Of a stretch of DNA of 64,000 bases, positions 27,454-43,432 are shown one piece after another. The stretch comes from Eledone cirrhosa (Eukaryota). The first letter of the stretch is position 1; every line of letters starts with the position of its first letter. The translations under genes and the position numbers were made by a program. Under the pieces are notes generated by a model. The model saw only the letters and a program-made list of their open reading frames with translations. It searched no databases and was not told where the DNA came from. The stretch covers positions 4,340,001-4,404,000 of the forward strand of contig OZ024746.1 of NCBI GenBank assembly GCA_964016885.1, in the 5' to 3' direction.

Positions 27454-27850
27454 ACCATCATTACCATCATCATCATCACCATCATCACCATCAACATCAC
27501 CATCATCACCATCACCACCACCACCATCACCATCATCACCACCACCACCACCACCATCATCATCATCACCATCATCATCATTACCACCATAATCAAAACA
27601 TCATTCCAGGTTTTTCGAGAAGTAATTTGATTCAAATTACTTATCGAAAAACCTGGAATTTCGAACCACTTTTTCCATATAAAACAAGTAACATTCAGAG
27701 ACCAACCAGATGTGAGAAAAATCACAGACCCTCCATCTCAACTCACCTTTTGAAAAGCAGAAGAACTGCGAAACCGGTAAAGGAACCAAATAAATATATA
27801 TATTTAAAAAAAAAATAAGACTTCAGTTGCATTTTCGATTTCATCTCTTT

Positions 27851-27927
<77 letters not shown>

Positions 27928-27929
27928 CT

Positions 27930-28113
27930 ATAGAAAAGCTTCTACAAGACTAGAACTGTTTCATTCGTGAAAAATCATCCGCGCTTCCTGATGATTTCTC
28001 ATGAATGAAACAGTTCTAATCCTGTAGAATCTTTTCTATATTAAATATTTATACTTTTCTTTGTGTTGAGTACCTTACTTACTGTGGTTACCCCCGATTG
28101 AATCCGGGATAAA

Positions 28114-28116
<3 letters not shown>
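27930..28116 (+). mobile_element. PLE pseudo-LTR with inverted 5' duplication and HHR (27985-28029)
   Basis: ttc CTGATGA tttc-tcat-gaat GAAACAG ttctaatc CTGT A gaa; 27930-27979 is an inverted copy of the same HHR segment; embedded in (TA)n. Confidence 0.78.
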
Positions 28117-28161
<45 letters not shown>

Positions 28162-28163
<2 letters not shown>

Positions 28164-28291
28164 AGGCAAAAATTAATCAAAATAAAAACATCTCTATTTC
28201 GTTTGTCCATAAAAGCTCAATGGAAATTAGATGCAAAATTATCGTAAACAACGGATTCGAGGTGTTTTTATTTCGATTCATTTATGCCTGT
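28162..28291. mobile_element. Small MITE/fold-back element with ~33-bp inverted ends in (TA)n
   Basis: ataggcaaaaattaatcaaaataaaaacatctc / gaggtgtttttatttcgattcatttatgcctgt. Confidence 0.65.
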
Positions 28292-28305
28292 TATATATAT
28301 ATATA

Positions 28306-28352
<47 letters not shown>

Positions 28353-28354
28353 AT

Positions 28355-28461
<107 letters not shown>

Positions 28462-28463
28462 AT

Positions 28464-28580
<117 letters not shown>

Positions 28581-28606
28581 GTATATTTATATTTATATAT
28601 TTATAA

Positions 28607-28673
<67 letters not shown>

Positions 28674-28760
28674 TAGATAGATAGATAGATTTCCCTCCAT
28701 ATATACCAATTAATTATATAGTATATCTATAATTTATGTATGTAATATAATATATTAATG

Positions 28761-28810
<50 letters not shown>

Positions 28811-29331
28811 CACATATGCATATGTTTGTTTTTGTGTGCGCGTCTCTATATATACGTCTGTGTGTGTGTATATGTCTGTATGTGAGTGTGTCTATATATA
28901 CGTCTGTGTGTCTATATGTTTTGGTGTGTGTATGTATATATGTATGTGTGCACGTGTGTGTATGTCTCTGTGTGTATATGTTTGTGTATACGTGTGTGTG
29001 TGTGTATATGTTTGTGTATACGTGTGTGTATATGCTTGTGTATACGTGTGTGTGTGTATATATGTTTGTGTATACGTGTGTGTGTGTGTACACGCATGAT
29101 TGTATTTCTATATTTACGTTAATGGTTTCTTGGTATTCCATGAGGATGTTGTATCTTAAACGTGTCTAAGACATTGCACAAACATACGGAAACACATTCA
29201 CACTCTTACACACACACACACATACACACATATATATATATATATATATGAATATATATATATGTATGTATATGTATATATATATGTGTGTGTGTGTGTG
29301 TACGTGCACATTTGTGTATACTCTCTCTTTC

Positions 29332-29426
<95 letters not shown>

Positions 29427-30419
29427 AGAGAGAAAGAGAGAGAGAGGGGAACGAGAGAAAGAGCGAGTAACTTGTAATAAATATACACTATTTCCCAGTC
29501 AGACAGAAGTAATACTGTATTCAAAGAAATACCATTGGGGCTTGGAGAACATTTTCTCTAAAATATTTTAGATACCAAGAGAAATAACAATGAGATATTA
29601 TACTAAGATATTATATAGTAGTTATAATACTGTTAGAGGTGTCTAGAACAAGGACAGCAGACCATCTCACCGCGGTCACCTGCCGCAATCTAATACACTT
29701 CAGGCATTTCACCGCAAATAGGAGGAGAGACACAATTATATAACAAATAAATAAATATTTTAAAAAAATTATTATTTCATTTATTAAAATTGTACACATT
29801 GAAATATGTTTAATAAAATTAATTTATTGGCGTAAAAATATAAAACATTTAAAAATGTAAATATTTATGAAAAATTAAGAGCAATATTTTTATGACGTTC
29901 AACAAAATTTCAACTTTAAAAGTTTGTCATTTCATTTATCAATAAACTTGAATTTAATGCTTTTCCGATTAGAAAAATAACTGGGGGGGGGGGGCTGTCT
30001 CAATCTGCTCATATTACAGATCTCGTATTACAGATCTCATTCTCGTTGAATATTTTTGAGATCACCAATAATTTCTGAATTGTCGAATATTGACCCCAGT
30101 ATAATTCCAGTGTTCGGTGTGTGTGTCATTTATTCGTCAATCGTGTCTTGTCTTCTGTCTTCTGTCAGAGTGGATCAACAATCGATAGATCAAAGGATAC
30201 ATACGAGGCTGAAAAGTTCCTGGATTTGGGTAAAAGAAAATCCAGGAGCATTCAGAGAATATGACAGGAAAGTTCAACTCTTGCATTTCCCGTCTAAGCT
30301 ATGATCTCGCCAAGATTGGGGTATGTTATATGTCTAATGAAATACCTCTACATAGCACGAGGTGTCATAGCGGTTCAATATGTCGTGACAGCAAACAAAT
30401 CTGAGCTTATATTTTGCCG

Positions 30420-30620
30420 GGCATTCATATAGAGACATCAGAGGAACAAGAAGCTGACCACTGGTCACATACACCTACAGAACCTTTCACAGCAGGTACC
30501 GTGGAATGTAATCATATTCCTTTTCAAGGTCTACAAAGCAAGAATACACCTCTTGGTAGTACTCCTACGAATCCTGAAAGACCGAGTGCAGTAGGGTATT
30601 GTATCAGCAGATGTGAAATA
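30420..30620 (-). pseudogene. RTE reverse transcriptase fragment
   Basis: EYYQEVYSCFVDLEKEYDYIPRYLL*KVL..SGQLLVPLMSLYEC; DNA shared with 48050-48090. Confidence 0.75.
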
Positions 30621-31344
30621 TTTTGATTATCTTTATAATGCAGCCATCATGATATTATAAGAACTAGCAACTAATTCCTTCAGTTATAGCGGTTCAACAA
30701 CAGAAGTAATAAAACCTACAAAGAAGTCATTTTCTGGATTTATTTCATTCGTTTTATTGTATTATTTGCTAACAACTGTTTGTTGTACTTCAAAACTAGT
30801 TGAAGTTTCCTACGAACCACTTTTATCACTCTAATCCAATTATATGGCCTTCTGGTTTATTTAAGCATTTAATCCGAATATTCGTGATTTTCCTTTTTCC
30901 ATTGGTAGCGATCTCTTCAAAGAAATAGTTTTCAGTTCCTCTTTTCTAAAATTGTCTGCTAAGAGATATTGTCCGAACATCGATGGAAGAATCTAATCAA
31001 CAATTTAGTCAATGAGATGAAAGAACCTTAGTAGGAAGTGGTCTTTATTATACGCTGTTTGTATCAGAGAAATTTATGATAGCATCAACTTGAAGCAACT
31101 CCAACAATATTTTCTTACAAATGCTGATCATATTTTATTATGCGAACGACTCTCATGACAACAAAGCAAAGAATTGAATTACTTCTATGGAAACCAAGAT
31201 TGTCTTAACTACGGTAATGCTGTCCTCTACAGAAAGGTCAATACTACCGTCTTCGTTTTTAGCTGACCGTTGTATAAACTGATAAAAGCAAACTATTGGT
31301 CGGACTTAGCAATGTGACGTAGATAACTGGAACGGTAATACGAT

Positions 31345-31505
31345 ATTAGGCGGCGAGTTATCAGAATTCTTAGAACGTCGAATAGAATGATTTACGGTAT
31401 TTGTTTTGTCTGTTTACGTTCTGAATTGAAATAGTACCGAGGTTAACTTTGCCTTTCTTCCTTTGAGGTCGATAAAAACAAGTACCAGTCCAGAATTGGG
31501 GTCGA
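31345..31505 (+). mobile_element. SINE family 1 copy (diverged)
   Basis: ggcggcgagtt..tttacgttctgaattgaaat..gaggttaactttgcctttcttcctttgaggtcgataaaa..gtaccag. Confidence 0.7.
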
Positions 31506-33014
31506 TTCTTCTATATCTCTTTCTCTCTCCCTCTCTATCACATAATCTCCTTCTTTGTCCAGACATGGAGAGGGATGGGCACCGCCAGATTTAAACTACC
31601 CAAGACATGACACGCCGTATGTCAGTTCGGCATCACTACAACTTCATCAGGAGTTACAGAATCATACATACAAATACACGAACAAGTAAGATGTTTCTAG
31701 AACTCGGCTACCGCAGACGTTCTTTAATGGTAGCTTATCTCAACTTATTTTGGTATATTCAAAATCGATTGAGTTATTCATTCGAGTGGTCTGACATGTA
31801 CAAGCACCACTATTGCTATTCACAGAACCAACATCTCTCTTCTTTCCTAGACAAGATATAGCCTATTTGCTATACAGAGACATTTAAATCTCAGATATAT
31901 TTAAATTTTACTTTGTTTTTCCTTTCTTTGCTATGTCTTCTGGTAATACATCATCATGACTGCAAGATTACATAACATATATTACATATTCTTTGAGATT
32001 GACTGATATAATTTCTTGGTTAAACCAAATATTTGTTTGCAATAGTAATTCCAGTAGAGTAGAGAAAAGTGTAGAGAAGAAATAGAATCTGCTAAATTTC
32101 TCACTTCTTTTCACATTTGTTCCGAAAATTTGAAATCTTCTGACGACGACACAGACGACGAGGACGATGACAAAGATGACGACGAGGAAGACGACGACAA
32201 CGACGACGACAACATAAATGGGTTTAGTTGGGCAAAAGCCTGGGCCCCACCACTTTAGTCTAAGACATGCAACAAAAAGAGAAGGTTTGAAGTGATGATT
32301 TCTGTACAATACAATTGGTATGGAACCCACGTATATTCACATGTAGAAGATCAAACTATGGAAAGGTATGTGGTTCCTACCCTCTCTTCAGCGCTGCCAA
32401 CCTTATACACTTTCCAAACATTATCACGTGTTACAAGATGGCGGACGGAGAAGAGTAATGACGGTAAGCTATTGATCAGTCAAAACTGCAACTGAATCGC
32501 TGATCGAAGCCGATTGACTTTATTTTCGAACTTACTTCAGTTTCCAATAAAAATACAGCCGTTTTGTTTAGTAAAATACAATATTTAACCATAAATTATC
32601 GGTGACTCACAGCTCCGTCCTTAAATCTGTCCAAGCCTGGCTTTTAGGTTTATTAAACCGGGTTGGATGAAATAACTAACAGTAATATATGATACTTAGA
32701 ATTGACTATATTCCCACTTAATAATGCGTTGGGTTTCTGTTTGGTCTTAATAAATAAATATTAAACCATTATGAAAACGGTGAAGATAGTTAGCAATGAG
32801 GTAGGTTGAAGATTTGGCTTTCAGACTGCTCATTGCAATTGATAGCGATCGAATATTAAGTACCAGTAATACACTGGTATTGCTTTAATCGAATACATCA
32901 CCTCCAAATGAAAACTAGCCTTGTTCCAACACAAACAATTAATAATTTACCATAATCAGATGTATGCATAAACACACTAATATTTACATAAACATATCCA
33001 TATCAATCAACGCA

Positions 33015-33101
<87 letters not shown>

Positions 33102-34636
33102 ACCTGCCAACACTTTTCACGCAAACATGTATAACTAACCACTCATACATATTCACAGAAATCAATACTCTGTTCACGAGATTTTAATTGTAAATGTCTG
33201 CAAAGTCGTTATTATTCGCCCATCCATCGAATATATTTGTGTGTTTTTATAGTAAGTGTATTTATTAAACTTGCAATTAATAGCTGACTGAGACGAATAA
33301 ATTGTTTATGACATCTCACTCGTCTTTTCTCTCTTTTTTCTTTGGTTTTCTTTATACATTACTTCTTCAAGTTTGCTATTGTTGCACATCAAGAACAACG
33401 TTGTTATTCTTAGAAAAACAATTCTAAAAACAGGCAGACTGCAGAAATTTGCAATAAAGTGTAGCTTCTAAAGAAATAGTAGTAGTAAGAGATTAAAATA
33501 TTAATGATATTCTTGATAAGGCTTGGTGTTTAGTCATGTATTGAAAGAAACTGTTGAGGGACTCCGTGGACAAGGAATAGTCCAAAGATCCAAAGAGCAG
33601 TTAGTAGAATATCAATAAATTATGTTGCCGTGAGGAATGATGAGAATAACGTTTCAAGTTCTTACCTCATTCAAAGAAGAGCAGACCAAGACAAACGTGT
33701 TGATGACTTAGCTGTCGGCAATGAAGGGGGAAAGAGTCAAGGGGTTGTGGCAAATATAAAACTGAATTTTAAATGTTTTCCCTCAGCTTAAAATAAACTG
33801 GTCGTATTGTTTAATGTTGTAAAGGGATGGTCACAACTGGAATGTTTTTATCGTAGGATTTGATTCCATGACCAGGTGTCACGTTGTATCCTTTACCGCC
33901 TCACAAAAACTGGTTATGCTCCGGCTGGACGAGCCTCTCGGAGTGCTGGGACACCTTTCATTATAAATCTCCTCGATGAACGTTGGTCGATGGTTAAACA
34001 ACTAATCCAACTATTACCTGATCAAGCTCACCCAATATCTTACCTGTTGCTGGGACGTAAGAAGATGAAGAGTACTGATTCATCTCTGATTTACTGTTTT
34101 GAAACTGATATCATTGAGGTAAAATGGTCAACTGAATTACTTTCCAACTTAAACTGTAGGGATCAAAGGTGACAGACGAAAGGTTGTAAGGTTATACGAA
34201 ACTTAAAATATGTAAAAGAAATTTAGATTTAAAATAATGCAGGAAACATTTCGCGTACATTTTTGTTTGGGATATTACTTTACTCATTGCACATTTTCAT
34301 AATCCTGTGAAAGCAAATAAAAATATAAATATTGGCATTTTAACTTCATGTAATAACAATATTGTCGTCGTCTAGGTAACAATTTTATCCGAACAGCTGA
34401 TTTGCATGAGGTGTCTCATATCTGAGTCAATTGCTATAACTAACGCCTCTTATTAATTTTCACATCAAAACAAATCCACCGTTGTAATATACATTTTTTA
34501 CAGTAAGATTAAATATGCTCTTCTATACCAACTTATTGCTATATGAAATATTACTCAATTATAGTCACTTTGATATTTTTCTTCATTTTCCTCGTCGTAG
34601 TGGTGGGGTTATATATATATAACCCCAGCAAATATC

Positions 34637-34682
<46 letters not shown>

Positions 34683-35379
34683 GATATTTTCGTCTATAAA
34701 ATTGCTTGTCCTTTATAAAAATTCATCCTTGAAGATTTATATCAGACTTTCCGACCAACAGCATCAGCGTCAATTTGAACAAGCATCACTATACTACAAT
34801 GAGGTTCCACCACAATATACAGAAGATGGAATCATAATTTGAAACGTTATTTATTCATATATTTATTTAAATTTCATTTTTTCCCCTATGAAAATATCCA
34901 AGTATATTGTAATATTCATGATTTTACAGTCAATGTTATTATTCATAGCTACAGCTGGCGCGCTATATGGAATATGATCGTTAAAGTTTGATGCTAAAAT
35001 GACTAACAATTTATATGCCAAAAAGCTTAATTATACCAGAAAAAGAATACGGCTAACACATTCCATCTCTCTTCTGCATTATAGATTCCATATCAACCAA
35101 CTCGATAGACAATTATCATGATTCGCAATTATCATATTATATTTCTCCCGGTTCAATTTCTTACGTTCACAAATAATGTGACAGACTACTATCTTTTTCA
35201 CAAATTAATCGGTGGGGCTTTTAGGTGGTGGCTAAAGAACACTTTATGTTCTATGTGATTATTTGAAGGGCATTTTATATGGTCCTCGAAATGACCCACA
35301 ACGTGGTTGCTCTAGGTGCTTTCTATGTGGTTGCTTGAGGCGCACTCGACAGGGTTTCCTAAAAAGAGCTTATCATGGG

Positions 35380-36350
35380 CGACCAAAAGATCTCAGTTGG
35401 ACTATGGATAGATTGACAAGGAAATACAGCACAAAGGGAAAAGAGATAAATATTGTAATAGAGTATCTGAAACAACGTGTCTTAACCAAAATGAAAATAT
35501 CCAAATATATGAAAGTAGAATCAGCCAGTATAGACAAAACCACATGGTCGACAACAAACAAAAATATATTATTTGAACAGCTAGAAGGGAAAGAAAAGAG
35601 ACAACGATGTTACCCTCGAGGTTGAAGAGACCAACATATTTTGGAGAGGGATTTGCGAGCAGGATGTTGAGTAAAATAGTCGGGTGGAGTGGATTGAGAC
35701 TGTTAAAAAAGGAGATTAATGAACAAGTACACTAACAACCCGATTTGACTATCTCGGTTGATAGGACGAGTTAGATGTACTTGATAACACTGTTCGTATT
35801 TTTCAGCAATTGAATTTCAGTATGGAATTTGGTATTAATAAGTGGGGTGTGCTCGTGATGTGGAGGTGAACATTAAAGAGAAGCAAAGGAATCGAAATAT
35901 GAACGGGCGAGATGATAAAGGAGATCGACACCGAAGAAGGATATAGTTTGTGTGTTTTTGTAGGTAGATACTATGAAGGAGATGATAAGATCTAAAAAAC
36001 ATAAGGAGAGTAAGAAAAACTACAAAATTCACATCTCAATTGTAGGAATGCCGTAAGTGCAATAAATTGCCGAGCTGATTCCTATTATTACGTACAGTGC
36101 GGTCATTCTTAAATGGAAGGTAAACGAGCAATGAAACTGGATAGAAAAACAAGGAAATTAATAACTACCTAGAATAGGTTTCATAAGGGTCGATCTTGAT
36201 AGACTGTACTTAAAGAGAGCTGAAGGTGGGAGAGGTCCTTATCAATGTGGAGGGCTCTGTTGAGATGGAAAACGAGTTGTTCAAATAAACATGTGTCTGA
36301 GAGTAACGAGTCAGGGCTTAAGGCTATACTGAAGGACGAGATAATACACC
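35380..36350 (+). pseudogene. R4/Dong-like non-LTR retrotransposon fragments
   Basis: RLTRKY..IVIEYLKQRV..ISQYRQNH..FEQLEGK..IFWRGI..VEWI and later LDRKTRKLI..DLDRLYLKRAEGGRG; many stops and frameshifts. Confidence 0.7.
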
Positions 36351-36459
36351 ATATACGTCTAATATACATTTAAATAAAACATCAGTGACTTTACTTTGGG
36401 GACAAACCTCGTATTAATTCGATTTTGAAAGTGCTCTGTACGAGAGTCATAGTAAATGT

Positions 36460-36520
<61 letters not shown>

Positions 36521-37452
36521 CTATATATATATATGACTAGGTTTCTGTGAAGAATGTTCGTGTACGTGTGTGTGTGCGTATGAATACTCACACACACACG
36601 TACACACATGTATGTGTATGTGTGTATGCGTGTGTGTCGTTGTACGAAATATGCAACTAGAAAAAATACTTGAGGAAGCAATCAAGAACAAAAATAATTA
36701 CAAAACAAATCTGTTTCTAAAGCCAATTAATCCTCACACAGACAGGGTTGCATATAAATGCACACAGATGCATTTATATGCACACAGATGCATTTATATG
36801 CACACAGATGCATTTATAAAGATGTTTATGTTGGGAGATTTGACTGTGGAGGGGTTGGGAGGAGACAAAACACGTGATGTAAACAAAACAAAGAAGGTTC
36901 GTTTAATAATAACTAACAGGGTTTGATATACGCTAACACATTACTTAACAGAGAGAGGGTGAGAGAGAGAGAGGAAGAGAGAGAGAGAGGAAGAGAGAGA
37001 GGGGGAGAGGGAGGGGCAGAGAGAGGTGGAGAGAGGAGGGAGAGGGGGGGGACATAGAGAGGGGGAAATGAGGGGTGTAAAGGAATAGAATAGAAAGGTT
37101 ATGTAGATGGATAAACATGATGAATGGATGGTTTGATGGAAAGACAGATCGATTGACCTAAGAGTTAGATAGATAGGGAGATGGTGGATATATATATATA
37201 CATATATACATATATACATATATATATAAATGGGTATCATATGTATGCACGTCCTCATATATATATATACAAAAATATTATATAATTATTATATAAAGTA
37301 TACGAACACATGCATATATATATATATATATATAAATATAAATATATATATATATATGTTGTGTGTGTGTAGATATATACACCTATAATTCAAGTCATTA
37401 TATAATTATTATATAATGCTATAATATACATGCATTTCAGTTATATATATAA

Positions 37453-37501
<49 letters not shown>

Positions 37502-37705
37502 TAATATATATATTATATTATATATATAAAGAGAGAAAGAGACAGTGTGTGAGAGAGAGAGAGATGGGCGGCATGAATGGATCGCTTAATGCGGTGAGAA
37601 ATAGAAATAAAATAAAAGAGTGAGAGGTGATGAGAATATATATCTACATGTTGTGAGCAATCAAATCTCCCTGTATATATGACACAAACACACAACCATA
37701 GACAG

Positions 37706-37761
<56 letters not shown>

Positions 37762-37821
37762 ATAGATATATTTATATAAATATATATTTTTATATATATA
37801 TATATTTTTATATATATATAT

Positions 37822-38000
37822 ACATATACATCATCATCATTTTACGCCATATTTATATATATATAAAATATATATACATATATAAATATATATATATGTA
37901 TATATAAATATATATATATATATATTTATATATAAATATATATATATATATATTTTATATATATATAAAACATGACGTAAGATGATGTTGATGTATATGT
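37822..38000. repeat. Inverted repeat, ~29-bp arms around an AT-only loop
   Basis: acatatacatcatcatcattttacgccat / atgacgtaagatgatgttgatgtatatgt. Confidence 0.75.
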
Positions 38001-38008
38001 ATATATAA

Positions 38009-38043
<35 letters not shown>

Positions 38044-38106
38044 ATTATGCTAATTGGGAGAGGAAATGGTATATATTTTATCTAATAATTCTAAGGACAT
38101 GATTTA

Positions 38107-38252
<146 letters not shown>

Positions 38253-38784
38253 ATATGTTTATATATATATATGTGTGTGTGTGTGTGTATATGTATATAT
38301 ACGCAGGAGATTTAGCTTTGCAGTGTGAAAATATTGAGATAAATAAAAGCGAAAGTATTGTTGACAGCTTGCATAATCATATTTATAATAGATGTGGGTT
38401 TATAGACCTGGACAACACATTGATGACAACTATAGAGACAACTGGTGCACCTGTGGTGGTGGTGGTGGGGGGGGGGGGGGGTGATGGTGATGATGGTGAT
38501 GGTGATGATGGTGGTGATGGTGATGGTGATGATGATGATCGTAATGATGGTGATGGCGATGATGGTAATGATGGTGATGATGGTGATGATGGTTAAGATG
38601 GTGGTGATGGTGGTGATGGTCATGACATGATGATGATGATGATGATGATGTTATTGTTGTTGTTGATGACGAGGACGATGATGAGGGGAGGTGGGTAATG
38701 ATTGTGATGACGATGATGATGATGATCACGATGATTATGCTGATTATAATGATGATGACGTCGATGATGATAATCATGAGAGCG

Positions 38785-39100
38785 TTGACAACGACGACGA
38801 CGACGTTGAGTGACGACGACGACGTTGACGACGTTGACGACAACGTTGACGACGTTGACGGTGCTGACAACGACGTTGACGACGTTGACGACGTTGACGA
38901 CGTTGACGACGTTGACGCCGTTGACGACGACGTTGACGTCGTTGACGGCGTTGACAACGACGTTGACGACGTTGACAACGACGTTGACGACGTTGACGAC
39001 GTTGACGACGTTGACGACGTTGACGGCGTTGACAACGACGTTGACGACGTTGACGACGACGTTGACGGCGTTGACGACGACGTTGACGACGACGTTGATG
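38785..39100. repeat. CpG-rich (GACGACGTT)n minisatellite
   Basis: Direct inspection. Confidence 0.92.
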
Positions 39101-39289
39101 ATGATAATAGCATACATTACATCATAAATAGCAACCTTGCAACAGCACAGAAACACTACATAAAACAACAACAACTCCACGCTATCTTCTTCCATAGAGA
39201 TCTGCAAATACAGAGAGAGACTTAAATATGCAAACACAGCGTATAATATCTCATCTTATCTTTCTATCTATTTATCTATTTCCATATCG

Positions 39290-39351
<62 letters not shown>

Positions 39352-39359
39352 AGACACAC

Positions 39360-39394
<35 letters not shown>

Positions 39395-39443
39395 AAGAGA
39401 CACACATATATAAATATATATATATATATATAAAGAGACACAC

Positions 39444-39487
<44 letters not shown>

Positions 39488-39537
39488 ATATATAAAGAGA
39501 CATATATATATATATATAAAGAGACACACATATATAA

Positions 39538-39663
<126 letters not shown>

Positions 39664-39681
39664 AGACATATATATATATAA

Positions 39682-39731
<50 letters not shown>

Positions 39732-39890
39732 ACATATATATATATATACATACATGCTCTCTCTACACACAGATATGTATATGTAAATATATATATATAC
39801 TCACACACACACACACACACACACATAAGTATCTGTCTATCCATATCTATATATATATATATATATATATGCCTCAATACACGTTCCCTC

Positions 39891-39944
<54 letters not shown>

Positions 39945-40532
39945 CATATGTGTATGTATGTGTGTGTGTGTGTGAGAGAGAGAGAGAAAGTGTGTGTGTG
40001 TGTGCATGCATATGCATGTGTGTAAAAATATGAAATAATTTATTTTTATTTGTCTATTTACAAGATTTTCCTTCTATTTATCCTAAAAACTCCACCAACA
40101 GCCATTACAAACAAGTCAATATATTATAAGATATATATTGCCTCTCAAACTTCACATTAAGAAGAAAACATCATATTAAGCGACAAAATATGAAATTTCA
40201 TTTCGGCTAGAGAGAGAAAATAAACTGTTTCAAATTATCCCCCTTTTTCTTTGTTTGTTGTTGTTTATATATGATAGGTGGCGAAGGCGAACTTATTTGT
40301 CGCCTTTCGAAAATTCGCTTCCATCATCAGAACTCTATCTGAGCCTTACGGATTTTAAACGTCATTGCATATAGCGAACTTCTCTGGTAACAAATAGCCA
40401 TTTCCTTCTCTCCTTGTTAACCACAATTGATACAACTAGAAGATAAATAGGTAACAATAAATATATATAAAATTAATAATCGATATATATTATCGTTATT
40501 GTTATTGTTGTTGTTATTATTATTATTGTTAT

Positions 40533-40721
40533 AAGGACGGTGGATTGACAGTATCGGTAGAGGGTCTGACGTCATGCTTTGCAGCAAAGAGTTACGGCCC
40601 TTTATGGTCTGAGTTCAAATCCCGCCGAGGTTGACTTTGCCTTTCATCCTTACAGGGTCGATAAAATAAAGTACCAGTAATGCACTGGGTAATTGCTGGC
40701 CTTGTGCCTAAAGTAGAAACA
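40533..40721 (+). mobile_element. Near full-length SINE family 1
   Basis: A-box-like gtggattgacagtatcggtag, B box gagttcaaatcc, Meta-like domain, (ATT)n tail. Confidence 0.82.
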
Positions 40722-40779
40722 ATTATTATTATTGTTATTCCTATTACTTTCATCATCGTCAACATGAACATTACCACGT

Positions 40780-41130
40780 TCACTATCATCTACTCCACAT
40801 CATCATCATCATCACTATCATCTACTCCACATCATCATCATCACTATCATCTACTCCACATCATCATCATCGTCATCACTATCATCTACTCCACATCATC
40901 GTCATCGTCATCACTATCATCTACTCCACATCATCATCATCATCGTCATCACTATCATCTACTCCACATCATCATCATCGTCATCACTATCATCTACTCC
41001 ACATCATCATCATCGTCATCACTATCATCTACTCCACATCATCATCATCGTCATCACTATCATCTACTCCACATCATCATCGTCATCACTATCATCTACT
41101 CCACATCATCATCATCATCATCATCACTAT
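40780..41130. repeat. Minisatellite cactatcatctactccaca(tca)n
   Basis: About 10 units with variable (TCA/TCG) spacer. Confidence 0.9.
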
Positions 41131-41307
41131 CAACTTCACCTCATAAGAATTATTCTAACTTCATTCTACCACAATATCACACTCCTTCATCTGGTATCAC
41201 TCCTTCACTCCCCCTCCCTCTCTCTCTCTCTCTCTCTGCCCCCCCCCCCCTATCTCTCTGTCTGCCTCTCTCTCTCTCTCTCTCTCTCTCTCCTCCCCTC
41301 TCTCTCT

Positions 41308-41377
<70 letters not shown>

Positions 41378-41537
41378 CCTCTCTCTCTCTCTCTGTTTTA
41401 CTTTCCCTCACAGTCTTTCTTCCATTTCACCTCTTTTCTTTTTCTGTTATTGAAAAACTTTTAATCAAATTCCATTTTCCCTTTTTCCTTGTCTTGTTAA
41501 TTTATTTGACTACACACACACACATACGCACACACAC

Positions 41538-41653
<116 letters not shown>

Positions 41654-41811
41654 ACACACACATATATATATAGTGGGGTATGTGTGCATGTATTTTTGGT
41701 TGTCTTTTTAAATCGTTACCTCTTTGTATGTATTTGTTACTATATCTTCTAGTGTCCACAGACGACAGAGGCAATATATTAATAAGACGTCCCAGCACCT
41801 CATTTGCTGTT

Positions 41812-41863
<52 letters not shown>

Positions 41864-41887
41864 GATAGATAGATAGATAGATAGATT

Positions 41888-41978
<91 letters not shown>

Positions 41979-42569
41979 TAATAAGATGTTCCATCTTCTC
42001 ACTTGCTGTTTATTATAACTGGCCACCATGTTTGTTTTTGATGCCATCATTGCTAGTGTAGCTGCTAATCATTTTTGTATTTATCTGCTTTATGTATATA
42101 TGTGTGTATATATGTGTGTATATATGTGTGTATATATGTGTGTATATATGTATATATATGTATGTGTGTGTATTTATGTATCTATGAATGTATGTATGTG
42201 GGTGTATATATGTATGTATGTATGAATGTATGTATCTATGTGTGTGTGTGTATGTATGTATGTTTGTGTATGCGAGCGTATATATGCATGTATATTTCAT
42301 TGTATATATGTCTGTATGTTTGTATGCATGTATGTATGTTTGTATATATGTATATTTGTATGTATGCATCTATGTATCTATGTATGCATGTACGTATGTG
42401 CGTTTGTATGCATGTATATATCTATGTATATATGTACATATGTATGTATGTATGTATATTTATACGCATGGATGTATGTATGCAGTGTTTGTGTCAGGAC
42501 TGTGTTGGAATGGAGGTATGTCTGTGAGTATTAGTGGAGTTTTTGTGTATGTAGGTGTCTGTGTATACG

Positions 42570-42698
<129 letters not shown>

Positions 42699-43166
42699 GA
42701 GTGTGTTATTGTTGTTCTCACTGCAGCTAAAGTGCTATGATATTTAGATATTTCGTTACTAATAAGACAACAGAATAATTAAAACAATTGCATTCAATGA
42801 TGTTTATAAATAGGATTGTGCGCAATGACAACATTTTAATGAGAACAAAAGAAAGAAAAACGGAAATAGAAGTGAAATATGTTTTAGTTGAAGATAAAGA
42901 CGGGCCGAGTAAATAAGATGCTGCATTAGTAAAGAAAACATCCAGAAAATTTAATAAATTTCAGTCTAATTGATAAATGCAAACCAAGAGTCTTAGTCAT
43001 CGATATTACATGCAATCTACCACATACAGGTTTCAGCATGTATAGTCGTGTACACGAATAAACACACACTCACAAACACACACATAAACATACGCACACA
43101 GGCAGGCTTGCATACGTCAAATTTACACACAAATGTATATATGTATGTACGTGTCTACACACATAT

Positions 43167-43237
<71 letters not shown>

Positions 43238-43365
43238 GTAGGAGGTGAGTTTTATTGTAGTACAATAAAGCAATGCAGATATCGGATAAGAAGCACTCTA
43301 CAGTTTGTAGGACTGGAGTATACATAATATATAAGATCAAAAGATGGTTAAAGGAGTTCCATGTA

Positions 43366-43432
43366 TTTTATTATGCGCATTTCAAAAACAAACATCATCA
43401 TGCAATAATATTTGTGTTTTCATCAGATAAAA
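43366..43432 (-). ncRNA. Type I hammerhead motif (mirror copy of 44803-44869)
   Basis: Reverse complement of the 44803 motif. Confidence 0.8.

Noticed and set aside
31600-31655. CTGATGA...GAAC on the minus strand as an HHR (similar lone cores near 20764, 24950, 56597, 56723)
   Set aside because: GAAA core and stems I/II are missing or weak; compatible with chance.
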